Assembly: GCA_045544255.1 (NCBI GenBank)
Contig: JAZPYP010000072.1
Location: 41,764 to 105,763, forward strand
Length of the DNA stretch: 64,000 bases
Source: Eubacteriales bacterium
GTDB taxonomy: Bacteria; Bacillota; Clostridia; Oscillospirales; QAKW01
Reading direction: 5' to 3'
Shown here: piece after piece, positions 47,415-57,238 of the stretch
How the letters are laid out: the number at the start of each line of letters is the position of its first letter
How positions within the stretch are numbered: the stretch's first letter is position 1
The notes under the pieces: generated by a model
What the model was told of the DNA's origin: nothing
What the model saw: the letters and a program-made list of their open reading frames with translations, nothing else
Database searches by the model: none
Made by a program: the position numbers and the translations under genes

Positions 47415-47444
47415 TTTTGATATCATGATATCATGATATCAAAA
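47415..47444. repeat. 30-bp perfect palindrome, 3 TGATATCA octamers
   Basis: TTTTGATATCATGATATCATGATATCAAAA, identical to 57239..57268. Lies between two convergent terminators. Confidence 0.95.
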
Positions 47445-47473
47445 TAGAGGGGTACCTTTTAAAAAAGAGAGCA

Positions 47474-47512
47474 AAAAGAAAAAAGAGCCGAAAGGGATTT
47501 CCTTTCGGCTCT
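47474..47512 (-). terminator. GH20 gene terminator
   Basis: AGAGCCGAAAGG-loop-CCTTTCGGCTCT with a T-run on the minus strand. Confidence 0.8.
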
Positions 47513-47527
47513 TTTCGGATATTTGCA

Positions 47528-49351
47528 TTAGTTTACAACGCCGGTAACAATCAGAGACCAACGATTTTTGGGGTTAGCGCCTTCCAGAAGGTGCTCCTCC
47601 AGCTGAGGAATCTCATCGATCTTGCCGTTCAGATAATCCTTTAAGGTCAGAGCAATGGAAGCAAGGCGCTCCTTGAGACCGCCGATCCGCATTTCCACCA
47701 CATCGAAGCCATAGGTCTTATTATCCTCATACCATTCTGCTCTGGCGGCAGGCAGATAATTTTCCAGCGCCTTAATGGTGGCGGGGATACGGGTATTTGC
47801 GATCTCCTCTAAGGTGCTCCGATCATCGCCATGATAAGCGGCGCGGATCTCCAAGGCGAGGGTGGATTTTAAGGTCAGCACATCGCAAAGGAGAGCGGCA
47901 GATTTAAAGAGATAGCTAAATGGATTTTCAGAAACTTCATGAAGGGTTTTTGCTTTCTCGGCATATTCCGAAGCAAAAGAGGGTTTGATGCACCAATCCA
48001 GCCAGCTTGCCATGCCATCGCTATAGAGCAGATGCTTGGAATTGAGCTTATCGCGGCGCTGCTCCGGATTATCGGAAAGAAGAGCAGGGCTATCCAGCAG
48101 AAGGAAGGTATCGAAGGGGATCTTGAAGGTTTCTTCAAAGCGTTTTGCCACCCATGCCCGATCCTCGCCCTTTGCATAGCAATATTCCGCATACTGCTGC
48201 AGGGTGGGCAGGATAGAGAATTGGCTGGCCTCGGCTCCATTATCGCCCCAGGCGGTGGCGATCACCATAGGCACCCGCTCTTCGCGGGAGACCTTCAGGT
48301 GGATATCGTTGACCTTCAGGGAGAAGAAATTATAGGGAGTCATTCCGGACCATTTCCAGGCGCCTCCTGCAAAGATCATGGGATTTTTAAACTGCTTATG
48401 GCAATGGACCATGTGGCGGAAGATCTTTTCGTTTTCGCTATAATAATCCCAATACACAAGGGAGAGATTTTCGGGCACCAGATCGATCACCTTTTGCTCG
48501 ATCTCCCCTTCTTCCACATAGTAATGCCCATCGAATTGGATACGGAAGAACATATCGCTCCACATCATCGGCTCAAAATCATACTCGGCGCACATTTTGC
48601 AGCATTTTTGCAGATGCTCCAAGAGGATCTCGGAGCGGGGGCGATAACCATTTTGATCTAAATATTTACCGGAGCCCAAAAGATGCGCCTCATCCATGCC
48701 GATATGGATCTTTTTGGTGCGGAAGACCTTCCGAAGGGAGCGGAGCATGGCATCAAGGAGCTGATAGGTCTTTTCTTCGCCGACCAGAAGAATATCTCCC
48801 ACATCGGTAACCTCCCCAAAGCAAGACCAGCGGAGCGCCGCATTCAGATGAGCCAGCATCTGGATGCAGGGGATCACTTCGATGCCGAAAGAAGCGGCAT
48901 AATCATCGATCTCTTTGAGCTCTTCTTGAGAAAAGCGGCCTCTTTGGTAGCCAAAGAAGGGATATTCGGGGATCTCATAGGTATCTTCTGTATAGAGCAT
49001 AAAGGAGGTGAAGCCCATCAGGGCCAGCGCGCGGATCATCTTCTTGGCGCCCTTCATATTGAAGACCGCGTTGCGGGAGCAATCGCTCATCAGGCAAAGA
49101 TCCTCATGGGCGGGCGCTTCCTCATAAAAGCCTTCCAAATGGGAAGGAAGCAGGGTTAAAAGGCGGAAGAATTCCACCCTTTTATGATAGGTGAGCAAAA
49201 TTTCCTCTTGGGTTGCATCGATAGAGGGCTTCTCTCCCATTTGCACCCGAACGGCTCTTCCATCTGCTGCAATAGCAAAGGAGAGCTGCCCTTCGATCTC
49301 CTTTAAAGGTGCTTTCAATTCTTCGGGCAGGTTGATCAGATTGAATTTCAT
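47528..49351 (-). CDS. GH20 family beta-N-acetylhexosaminidase-like glycosidase
   Basis: ATG at 49351 after an AGGAGG SD. Catalytic HIGMDEA (H-x-G-x-D-E) motif. No signal peptide. Confidence 0.7.
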   Translation of the reverse strand: MKFNLINLPEELKAPLKEIEGQLSFAIAADGRAVRVQMGEKPSIDATQEEILLTYHKRVEFFRLLTLLPSHLEGFYEEAPAHEDLCLMSDCSRNAVFNMKGAKKMIRALALMGFTSFMLYTEDTYEIPEYPFFGYQRGRFSQEELKEIDDYAASFGIEVIPCIQMLAHLNAALRWSCFGEVTDVGDILLVGEEKTYQLLDAMLRSLRKVFRTKKIHIGMDEAHLLGSGKYLDQNGYRPRSEILLEHLQKCCKMCAEYDFEPMMWSDMFFRIQFDGHYYVEEGEIEQKVIDLVPENLSLVYWDYYSENEKIFRHMVHCHKQFKNPMIFAGGAWKWSGMTPYNFFSLKVNDIHLKVSREERVPMVIATAWGDNGAEASQFSILPTLQQYAEYCYAKGEDRAWVAKRFEETFKIPFDTFLLLDSPALLSDNPEQRRDKLNSKHLLYSDGMASWLDWCIKPSFASEYAEKAKTLHEVSENPFSYLFKSAALLCDVLTLKSTLALEIRAAYHGDDRSTLEEIANTRIPATIKALENYLPAARAEWYEDNKTYGFDVVEMRIGGLKERLASIALTLKDYLNGKIDEIPQLEEHLLEGANPKNRWSLIVTGVVN

Positions 49352-49465
49352 GGTTTTGCCTCCTTTAATCAGCAAAAATATAATGGCGAAGCGGAATCTT
49401 CCGCCTCGCCATCATTATAACACGATGTTCTTTTTTTTCAATAAAAAAACTAAAAACATAAAAAT

Positions 49466-50944
49466 TTAAGCCAAAAAGATCACAGGGATATAAAGAGGTA
49501 CACTCCGCCCCTCTGCCACCACCTCTAAAACGCAGCGGTTTTGAGGCGCAAGAGTTTCTCCTGCCGAGAGGGTATATTGGAGGGTTGCAATCGGCAGGTG
49601 ATGGCTATTTTTATTATTAAGGATAGCGGTTTGCCGCCCCTTTACCGAAAAACCCTCCGGCAGCCACCAGCGCAGGTTGAGGTTTTTCAGCTCATCCCCC
49701 ATGCACCAGCGGTACCCGATGGTAATGGTCAGGTTCTTTTCCTCCATGGGTGCAATATCGATGCCGTCGTCGTATTTCAAGGTAGCGGTCAGCAGGGTGG
49801 ATTCAAATTCAGCGGTATAAGGGGTGAGAGGATTTTCCTCTCGCAGCAGAATGCACTGCTCTTCAAGATATTCTGCGGCGCCTTTTTCCATAAATGAATC
49901 CCCGAAGGAAACATTCGGCTGCATCTCAAAGAGGACATGAGGCGCCTGCCGGATTACCCGTTCGGAAAGCTCGGTGCAGGTTTCGGGCACCGAGCGGCCG
50001 GTGCGGCCATCGCCCTTATTGATAGAGATGGTGATGATCTTATCGCCGATATATTCCTTCCAATCGGCAGGGATCACCTGATTGCCGCCCAAAATGCCGA
50101 GGGTGGCACCAACGGTGGCGCCGGTGCAATCGGTATCGTCGCCGCAGTTGATGGCGGTGATCATACTCTTTTTGAAATCGCCCTCCCCCCAAAGGAGGCC
50201 GATCAAAGCGTAGGCCACATTAGAAGGCGCCTCAAACCAGCCATCGCCGATATCAGAATTTCTCTGCTGAATGGCATTTCGGGCATAAAGCCAATCCTTG
50301 CCCTCATCATAGCAGGCGAGGATAAATCGCACCGAATCGGCCATCCGACTCTTTTCGGGGATAGTCAGGAGCGCAAGATCGATGCACTTGCGGATATCCT
50401 GATAAAGAAATGCTGCCGATTGCATGGCGGCAACAAATGCGGCGGCAGGAGTGCCCTCTCCGCTGCCATGATCGACCTTTGCATCTTCCATCGCATATTT
50501 GGCGGCCAGAGCAGGGGCGCCGGGCGCCATGCAGGCCCAAACCTCGGTGCGAATCCAGGCACCATTGGAATGCTTCCAGCTATTTTCATAATCTCCGGAA
50601 AGGGGAGCCTGCAGGCCGCGGCGCATATTATTTTTGCCGATGCCGTATTCATTCCAGTTGGGCGGGATCAACCCCAGCCAAAGCTCGCCCAAGGAGGCAG
50701 CGTTGATGGCCTTGGGGCCCAGCTGTTCCATGCCATGCAGCCAGATGAGCTGCAGATCCAAGTCATCATTGGGGAGGGGCTCGCCGGGCGCAGTAGTAAA
50801 GCCCTTAATATCAAGAACCTCTTTTTTGCCCTCAAAGGGGCCGCCCATGGTGCCGCCGATATTTTTGCCGATCCAGCAGGCATAAACCCGATCCCGATAG
50901 AAATCAAAATCGATTTTAATTTGGGGAATTTTCTTTTTAGCCAT
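49466..50944 (-). CDS. ADP-ribosylglycohydrolase-family protein with ~170-aa C-terminal extension
   Basis: ATG at 50944 after a GGAGG SD. ARH motifs (GGTMGGPFEG, CGDDTDCTGATVGATLG). The extra C-terminal domain is unassigned. Confidence 0.7.
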   Translation of the reverse strand: MAKKKIPQIKIDFDFYRDRVYACWIGKNIGGTMGGPFEGKKEVLDIKGFTTAPGEPLPNDDLDLQLIWLHGMEQLGPKAINAASLGELWLGLIPPNWNEYGIGKNNMRRGLQAPLSGDYENSWKHSNGAWIRTEVWACMAPGAPALAAKYAMEDAKVDHGSGEGTPAAAFVAAMQSAAFLYQDIRKCIDLALLTIPEKSRMADSVRFILACYDEGKDWLYARNAIQQRNSDIGDGWFEAPSNVAYALIGLLWGEGDFKKSMITAINCGDDTDCTGATVGATLGILGGNQVIPADWKEYIGDKIITISINKGDGRTGRSVPETCTELSERVIRQAPHVLFEMQPNVSFGDSFMEKGAAEYLEEQCILLREENPLTPYTAEFESTLLTATLKYDDGIDIAPMEEKNLTITIGYRWCMGDELKNLNLRWWLPEGFSVKGRQTAILNNKNSHHLPIATLQYTLSAGETLAPQNRCVLEVVAEGRSVPLYIPVIFLA

Positions 50945-51033
50945 AATAAAAACCTCCGTGATTTGATAATTCCATTTTATCAAACCGCGAAGGCTTTAAA
51001 TAGGTGATATTTTTACCAATCAGAGGGGGATTT

Positions 51034-51864
51034 TTACTTTTTGCGAAAATCTTTGGGATTGGCACCAAGATATTTTTGGAAGGCTTTGGTGCAGGCCGCC
51101 CGATCGGCAAAGCCGCATTGCTCGCTGATCTCCTCGATGGAGAGAGAACCGGCGGCAAGCAGTTCTTTGGCATGGTTCAGCCGCTTTCTGGTGATATACT
51201 CGGTTAAGGTTAAGCCAAATTTTTCCTTAAAGCAACGGCTGAAATAAGAGGGGTTATAAAAGCATTTTTCCGCAAGGGCAGAAAGGGTGAGCCTGCTGCC
51301 GAGATTTTCGTCGATATATTGGGAAAGCCCCTGCCACATAGCGCTCAGCTCCCGCTCCTCTATTCCCTGCTCCGCCTTGCGAAGCATCTTTAGGAGAAGG
51401 GTATGGAGCCCGTTGGAGAGGATCTCCTCCCAATGGGGCTTTTTCTCTTTAAATTCCTTCAGCATCGAAAGGATGGCGGCCTCTATCTCGCTCCGCTCCT
51501 CCCCAAAGAAGGAAAGCTTGCCAAAGGCCGCATCATGGCGCAGCTCATTAAAAGCCGAGAGGGAAAGAAGGGGCAAGGGATTTTCGCTCTCCCCCAAAAC
51601 CTCCGGCGAGAAAAGGAGATTGATATAGGTATATTTTTCGTTGGAATAAAAAGCATGGGTGCAGCCGGGGCTCATGAAAAGGATATCGCCCCGCTGCAAA
51701 AGATATTGCTGCCCATCAATCTCGTGGGTTACCTGCCCCGAGAGGATATAAACCAGCTCGATAAACTCGTGGCCGTGGGGCGGCTCGGCACGGGAGGTGC
51801 TGTATTTGCCAATAAAAATCGTTTTTCCGGAATTGATGAATTCTTTTTTGGTATAGATTTTCAT
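51034..51864 (-). CDS. AraC-family transcriptional regulator
   Basis: 276 aa with a cupin N-terminus (PPHGHEFIE) and a C-terminal AraC HTH. Confidence 0.85.
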   Translation of the reverse strand: MKIYTKKEFINSGKTIFIGKYSTSRAEPPHGHEFIELVYILSGQVTHEIDGQQYLLQRGDILFMSPGCTHAFYSNEKYTYINLLFSPEVLGESENPLPLLSLSAFNELRHDAAFGKLSFFGEERSEIEAAILSMLKEFKEKKPHWEEILSNGLHTLLLKMLRKAEQGIEERELSAMWQGLSQYIDENLGSRLTLSALAEKCFYNPSYFSRCFKEKFGLTLTEYITRKRLNHAKELLAAGSLSIEEISEQCGFADRAACTKAFQKYLGANPKDFRKK

Positions 51865-51989
51865 GGTTTACGCCTCCCCTCTTTTTCTTTATTCTATCAT
51901 CTTTTTTCGGAAAAGGCAAAAGGAACTTGCAAGTTTTTTATAAATGATGTAAAATAAAATATTATTGAATGTTTATCAGAGGTATTATC

Positions 51990-53342
51990 ATGAGCCAAAC
52001 CATCTGCGCCATCTCCACCGCCCCTGCCACCGCGGCCTTGGGGCTGATCCGCATCAGCGGGCCGGAAACCTTTTCCATTCTGGAAGGAATCCTTAAAAAG
52101 AAAAACGGAGCGCCCTTTACCCTTGCCCATGGGAAGGCCGCTCTTTATCGCATTGAGGAAAATGGCCAACCGCTGGATGAAGCGATGGTTACCTGCTTTA
52201 TCGGCCCCCGCTCCTATACCGGCGAGGATACCGCCGAGCTTTGTTGCCATGGGGGGCTTTTTGTTTTGCAAAGCGTATTGGAATTGTTGATCAAGGGCGG
52301 CTGCGCCATGGCAGGGCCGGGGGATTTTTCCAAGCGTGCTTTTTTGAACGGAAAATTGGATCTCATCTCGGCCAAAGCGGTGATCGAGCTGATCGAAGCC
52401 ACCAGCGCCGCCCAGCAGAAAAACGCCCTCTCCCGCATGGAAGGAAAGCTTTCTAAAAAAATTCAAGGTCTTTATGAGCGGCTGGTGGATCTGAATACTG
52501 CGCTGATGGCTTATGTGGATTTCCCTGAAGAGATCGATGAACCGGCAGAGGATTATCTCCCTGCCCTTAAAGAGATAGAGCAGGAGCTTTCCGCTCTGGC
52601 AGAAAGCACCAAAACAGGGCGGCTGATCCGAGAGGGGCTTTCCATTGCCATTGTGGGGGCCCCGAATGTGGGCAAGAGCACCCTTTTAAATCAGCTCCTT
52701 GGTTATGACCGAAGCATTGTTTCTTCCATTCCCGGTACCACGCGGGATATGGTGCGGGAAGGCTGCCGCCTTGGGGATCTGACCTGCCATCTTTCCGATA
52801 CCGCAGGCATGCGCCAAACTTCCGATCCTATCGAGCAGCAGGGCATTGAGATCGCCCGAAAAGAAGCGGAAAGCGCTAAGGTTGTCTTTGCGGTTTTCGA
52901 TGGCTCCCGCCCCTTAACCGAAGATGATCATGCCCTGATCAAGGAATTCGGCGGCCAAGAGAATCTGGCCATCATTAATAAGGCCGATCTCTCCCAAAAA
53001 ATCGACGAAGAGTATATTTCAAATCATTTTAAACATATTGTAAAGCTTTCTGCCCAAAATGGCGATGGCTGCGCCCAACTGGATCAGTGGGTAAGGCAGA
53101 ATTTCTCGGTGGCAGATGCGGCGGAAAGCGGTGTGCTGACCGATGCCGCCCAGCTCGCCGATCTGCTTGCCGCCCTTTCTTCGGTCCAATCCGCAACCGC
53201 CGGCCTTTCCTCCGGCTTTACCCCCGACCTGATCTCTATCGATATTACCGAAGCCGCAAGCGCGCTCGGCGGGATCACCGGTCAAGAGGTGGCAGACGAG
53301 ATGATTGATCGGATATTCTCCAAATTCTGTGTTGGAAAATAA
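51990..53342 (+). CDS. mnmE: tRNA modification GTPase MnmE
   Basis: MSQTICAISTAPATAALGLIRISG start (ATG 51990, AGAGG SD). G-domain GAPNVGKSTLLN. C-terminal FCVGK. Confidence 0.9.
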   Translation: MSQTICAISTAPATAALGLIRISGPETFSILEGILKKKNGAPFTLAHGKAALYRIEENGQPLDEAMVTCFIGPRSYTGEDTAELCCHGGLFVLQSVLELLIKGGCAMAGPGDFSKRAFLNGKLDLISAKAVIELIEATSAAQQKNALSRMEGKLSKKIQGLYERLVDLNTALMAYVDFPEEIDEPAEDYLPALKEIEQELSALAESTKTGRLIREGLSIAIVGAPNVGKSTLLNQLLGYDRSIVSSIPGTTRDMVREGCRLGDLTCHLSDTAGMRQTSDPIEQQGIEIARKEAESAKVVFAVFDGSRPLTEDDHALIKEFGGQENLAIINKADLSQKIDEEYISNHFKHIVKLSAQNGDGCAQLDQWVRQNFSVADAAESGVLTDAAQLADLLAALSSVQSATAGLSSGFTPDLISIDITEAASALGGITGQEVADEMIDRIFSKFCVGK

Positions 53343-53469
53343 TAAGCGGATCTTTTTGGCTCTTTTTCCTTTTTCCTCACTCGGCGTATCAATATACGCC
53401 TTCGTTCGGAGAAAAGAAAAAATAACTCAAAAATCTCTCGCTTATTATGATCGCTTAATAGTAGAAAAT

Positions 53470-53620
53470 ATAAATATAAATATTTATATAAATGCTGTAA
53501 TTACAAAAAGTTATAAATACAAATTTTTATAACTTGGATCAAATAAACCGAAATGTTATAAATATAAATTTTTATAACATCATCAGAGGGTCAAAAAGTT
53601 ATAAATATAAATATTTATAT
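53470..53620. repeat. four ~20-24-bp AT-rich palindromic elements spaced 43-45 bp
   Basis: ATAAATATAAATATTTATAT at 53470 and 53601 (identical). GTTATAAATA[C/T]AAATTTTTATAAC at 53510 and 53555. Confidence 0.85.
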
Positions 53621-53635
53621 CGAAAAGGAATGGAT

Positions 53636-55522
53636 ATGGAAAAATATTTTGTTGAAAATTTGGATATTGCGGTGATTGGCGCGGGGCATGCAGGAATTGA
53701 AGCGGCCCTTGCGGCGGCGCGGCTTGGGTGCAAGGTTGGGATTTTTACCATTTGCCTTGATGCAGTTGGCAACATGCCCTGCAACCCTTCCATCGGCGGA
53801 ACGGCCAAGGGCCATCTTGTTTGCGAGATTGATGCGCTCGGGGGCGAGATGGGTAAGGCGGCGGATGCCACCTTTTTGCAGAGCAGAATGCTTAATTTAG
53901 GCAAAGGGCCGGCGGTGCATTCTTTGCGGGTGCAATCGGATCGGCGGGCCTACAGCGCTTATATGAAGCATGCTTTGGAGCGGCAAGAAAATTTGATGCT
54001 GATTCAAGGCGAGATCATCGAAATTGAAGAAAAAGAGGGGCGCGTTGCAGGGGTGGTTACCCATCTTGGCGCCCAATACGGGGCCAAGGCGGTTATTCTT
54101 GCCACCGGCACCTATTTAAAGGGCGAGATCATCATTGGGGAAAGCCATGTACCCGGCGGGCCGGACGGAATGTTCCCCGCCAATCAGCTCAGCGATTGCC
54201 TTGAAAAGTTAGGGGTGCCTTTGCGGCGGTTTAAAACCGGAACCCCTGCAAGGGTGAATCGCCGCTCTTTGGATTTTTCGGTGATGAGCATTCAGGAGGG
54301 CGACGAAGAGATCATTCCCTTCTCTTTTGAAAACGAAGAGATCGGGGAAAACCAAGTGGTTTGCTATCTGACCGGCACCAACGAGGAAACCCACCGCATT
54401 ATTCGGGATAATATCCATCTCTCCCCCATTTATAGCGGCCAGATTAAAGGCATCGGGCCCCGCTATTGCCCCAGCATTGAAGATAAGGTGATGCGGTTTA
54501 AGGAAAAGAACACCCATCAGCTGTTTGTGGAGCCTTGCGGGAAGGATACGGAAGAGATGTATCTGCAGGGGCTTTCTTCCTCTTTGCCTGAATTTGTGCA
54601 AAGAGAATTTATTCATTCCATTAAAGGGTTGGAAAAGGCCGAGATCATGCGGGTGGCCTATGCCATTCAATATGATTGCGTGGATCCCCAAGCCCTCTAC
54701 CCCACCCTTGAATTTAAAAATATCGGCGGCCTTTATGGAGCGGGGCAGTTCAATGGTTCCTCGGGCTATGAGGAAGCGGCGGCCCAAGGCCTTATTGCGG
54801 GCATCAATGCCGCAAGAGCCCTCCAAGGGCAGGAGCCCATTATTTTGGATCGGGCCTCTTCCTATATCGGCACCTTAATTGATGATCTTGTAACCAAGGG
54901 CACCCCCGAACCCTACCGAATGATGACCAGCCGCAGCGAATACCGCCTTCTTTTAAGGCAGGATAATGCCGATCTGCGGCTTACCCCCAAGGGATACGAG
55001 ATCGGCCTGATTGATGAGGCCCGCTATCAGCGTTTTTTAGAAAAAAAGGCAAGAATTGAGGGCGAAATTGAGCGGCTGCGCCATACCCATGTTTCCGGCG
55101 CCAAGGGCACCAACGAAATTTTAGAGCGCTGCGGCACAGCGCCCCTCTCCGGCGGCGCTTCTTTAGCGGAGCTGATCGCGCGGCCGCAGGTGGGCTATTT
55201 GGATCTTGCGCCGGTGGATCCTGCCCGCCCCATCTTAAAGCGGGCGGAATGGAAGCAGGCAGAGATCTCTTTGAAATATGAAGGCTATATTGAAAAGCAG
55301 GTTGCAAAGGTGAAGGAATTCCAAAAGCTTGAAAATCGGCGGTTGCCTGAAGATATGGATTACCAAAGCATCGAGGGCCTTCGGCTGGAAGCGCGGCAGA
55401 AGCTTTCTCAGGTGCGGCCTGTGAGCATCGGGCAGGCCAGCCGCATCAGCGGAGTGAGCCCTGCGGATATCAGCGTTTTGATGATTGCCATGGAGCAAAG
55501 GAGGCGGGAGCAAAATGGATGA
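53636..55522 (+). CDS. mnmG: tRNA uridine 5-carboxymethylaminomethyl modification enzyme MnmG
   Basis: [27 protein letters not shown]-binding N-terminus. Start at 53636 (or 53630). The track start at 53534 runs through the AT-rich repeats. Confidence 0.9.
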   Translation: MEKYFVENLDIAVIGAGHAGIEAALAAARLGCKVGIFTICLDAVGNMPCNPSIGGTAKGHLVCEIDALGGEMGKAADATFLQSRMLNLGKGPAVHSLRVQSDRRAYSAYMKHALERQENLMLIQGEIIEIEEKEGRVAGVVTHLGAQYGAKAVILATGTYLKGEIIIGESHVPGGPDGMFPANQLSDCLEKLGVPLRRFKTGTPARVNRRSLDFSVMSIQEGDEEIIPFSFENEEIGENQVVCYLTGTNEETHRIIRDNIHLSPIYSGQIKGIGPRYCPSIEDKVMRFKEKNTHQLFVEPCGKDTEEMYLQGLSSSLPEFVQREFIHSIKGLEKAEIMRVAYAIQYDCVDPQALYPTLEFKNIGGLYGAGQFNGSSGYEEAAAQGLIAGINAARALQGQEPIILDRASSYIGTLIDDLVTKGTPEPYRMMTSRSEYRLLLRQDNADLRLTPKGYEIGLIDEARYQRFLEKKARIEGEIERLRHTHVSGAKGTNEILERCGTAPLSGGASLAELIARPQVGYLDLAPVDPARPILKRAEWKQAEISLKYEGYIEKQVAKVKEFQKLENRRLPEDMDYQSIEGLRLEARQKLSQVRPVSIGQASRISGVSPADISVLMIAMEQRRREQNG

Positions 55523-56234
55523 AAGAATGAAGGCGCTTCTTGATCTTTTGGAAAAAGAAGGGCTCTCTTTACCAAAGGAATTTATTCCAAATCTGCTTGC
55601 CTTTGAGGAGCGGCTTTTGGAAACCAACAAGGTGATGAACCTTACCGCCATTACCGAGCCTTGGGAGATGATGAAAAAGCATTATTGGGATAGCATCTAT
55701 CCCCTCTCCCTTGGTTGCTTTTCCGATGGGGAGCGGGTGATCGATGTGGGCTGCGGGGGTGGATTTCCTTCCATGCCTTTAAAGATTGCAAACCCCGCCT
55801 TGGATATAACCATGATGGATTCCCTGCAAAAGCGGCTCACCTTTTTAGATGGCGCTATAGAAGCCCTTGCCCTTCGGGATATTCGCACCCTTCATTTAAG
55901 AGCAGAGGATGCAGGAAAAAATCCCGCCCATCGGGAGCAATATGATAAGGTGGTATCCCGCGCGGTGGCAGAGCTTTCCAAGCTATGCGAATATTGCCTT
56001 CCCCTTTGCAAGGTGGGCGGCGCGCTGATCGCTTATAAGGGCGCCTCTGCCGAGGAGGAGCTGGAGCGGGCAAGAAATGCCATCGGCCAGATGGGCGGCA
56101 AAGTGGAGAAGATCCATCTTTATACCCTACCGGAGGAGGAAGATAAGCGGGCGATCATCATCATTCGCAAAAAGAAGGCCACTCCCAAGCAATTCCCCCG
56201 AAGCCCCAAGCAGATCAAGGATCGACCCCTCTAA
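55515..56234 (+). CDS. rsmG: 16S rRNA (guanine527-N7)-methyltransferase
   Basis: ATG at 55515 after an AAAGGAGG SD. GidB-like [11 protein letters not shown] motif. Confidence 0.9.
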   Translation: MDERMKALLDLLEKEGLSLPKEFIPNLLAFEERLLETNKVMNLTAITEPWEMMKKHYWDSIYPLSLGCFSDGERVIDVGCGGGFPSMPLKIANPALDITMMDSLQKRLTFLDGAIEALALRDIRTLHLRAEDAGKNPAHREQYDKVVSRAVAELSKLCEYCLPLCKVGGALIAYKGASAEEELERARNAIGQMGGKVEKIHLYTLPEEEDKRAIIIIRKKKATPKQFPRSPKQIKDRPL

Positions 56235-56240
56235 AATAAT

Positions 56241-56266
56241 AATCGGGATGCATTTGCATCCCGATT
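56241..56266 (+). terminator. hairpin after rsmG
   Basis: AATCGGGATGC-ATTT-GCATCCCGATT, with no clear T-run. Confidence 0.45.
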
Positions 56267-56322
56267 CCCTTATAGGAGGCAAAGGCTTTAGCTCATATTT
56301 TGGTTGCGAAAACACTATATTG

Positions 56323-56360
56323 AAAACGCCCGTAATGCTGACGCATTACGGGCGTTTTTT
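56323..56360. terminator. bidirectional terminator (rsmG side / AraC gene)
   Basis: AAAACGCCCGTAATGC-TGAC-GCATTACGGGCGTTTTTT. Confidence 0.85.
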
Positions 56361-56363
56361 GAT

Positions 56364-57164
56364 CTATTTCTTTTTCCGATATTCTCTCGGTGTGCAGCCG
56401 ATCTGCTCTTTAAAGAGTTTTGAAAAATAGCTGGGGCTTTCAATGCCGCAGGAAGCGCTGATCTGCTCTATGGACTCATCGGAAAAGCGGAGCATACGGC
56501 AGGCTTTTTCGATGCGGATCCGCTTGAGCTGATCCATCACCGTTTCCCTGCAATGCTCCTGATAATAATGGCAAAGGGAATAGCGGCTCATATGGACCGC
56601 GCTTGCGATCTGCTCCAAGGAAAGCTCCTCGGCAAAATGGGCTTCCAGATAGCGCCGAACCTGCACCTCAACGGGTGCGCTTGCGGAAAAATGATCATGG
56701 AGCCAATCATTGAGCCATGAATAGCCGGCGGCAGAGCGGGTAAGAAGGGTGCTGTTGCCGGAGCAGAAATCGATAAGGGATTGGGTGGAGCGCATCAAAA
56801 CATTAGATGCCTCAAAAATAAAGCTTTGGCCGATGCCATAATAATCCAGAACACTCTCGCCCCCCAAAAAGGTAACCCATAGGGTGGAAAGGCGGCCTTG
56901 GGGATCATAGGAGTGGGGAACATCTTTGCGCATAAAAAATCCTTGCCCCGCCGAGAGCAGAAACCGCTTTCCTGCCACTTCAAAATACCCCGAACCGCCG
57001 GTAACGATCAGCAGATGATGCTCCGGAAAGCCCTTCGGGCGCTCCTGCTTCCGCTCGGCAACGGTGGAGCCGGCGGTAGTAACAATAAAAGGAAAAAGCA
57101 AGGGCTCCTTAAAATATTTTTTTCGAATTTCTGCAAACATAGGCAATATCCTGCTATCTTTCAT
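56364..57164 (-). CDS. AraC-family transcriptional regulator
   Basis: 266 aa with a cupin N-terminus and a C-terminal AraC HTH (SPSYFSKLFKEQIGCTPREYR). Confidence 0.85.
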   Translation of the reverse strand: MKDSRILPMFAEIRKKYFKEPLLFPFIVTTAGSTVAERKQERPKGFPEHHLLIVTGGSGYFEVAGKRFLLSAGQGFFMRKDVPHSYDPQGRLSTLWVTFLGGESVLDYYGIGQSFIFEASNVLMRSTQSLIDFCSGNSTLLTRSAAGYSWLNDWLHDHFSASAPVEVQVRRYLEAHFAEELSLEQIASAVHMSRYSLCHYYQEHCRETVMDQLKRIRIEKACRMLRFSDESIEQISASCGIESPSYFSKLFKEQIGCTPREYRKKK

Positions 57165-57238
57165 TAAGAATTTTTCGAAAAATCAAGTTTCTAAGCAAAA
57201 TTATTATATACCTCGCTATGCGATCTGTAAAGAAATAA

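Noticed and set aside
49937-51007. 356-aa ORF antisense to the ADP-ribosylglycohydrolase gene
   Set aside because: A shadow frame. The sense strand carries clear ARH motifs and a GGAGG-ATG start.
53534-53635. N-terminal 34-aa extension of mnmG in the ORF track ([17 protein letters not shown]...)
   Set aside because: It is the translation of the AT-rich repeat spacer. The conserved MnmG N-terminus (MEKYF...VIGAGHAG) starts at 53636, and an AAAGGA SD lies just upstream.
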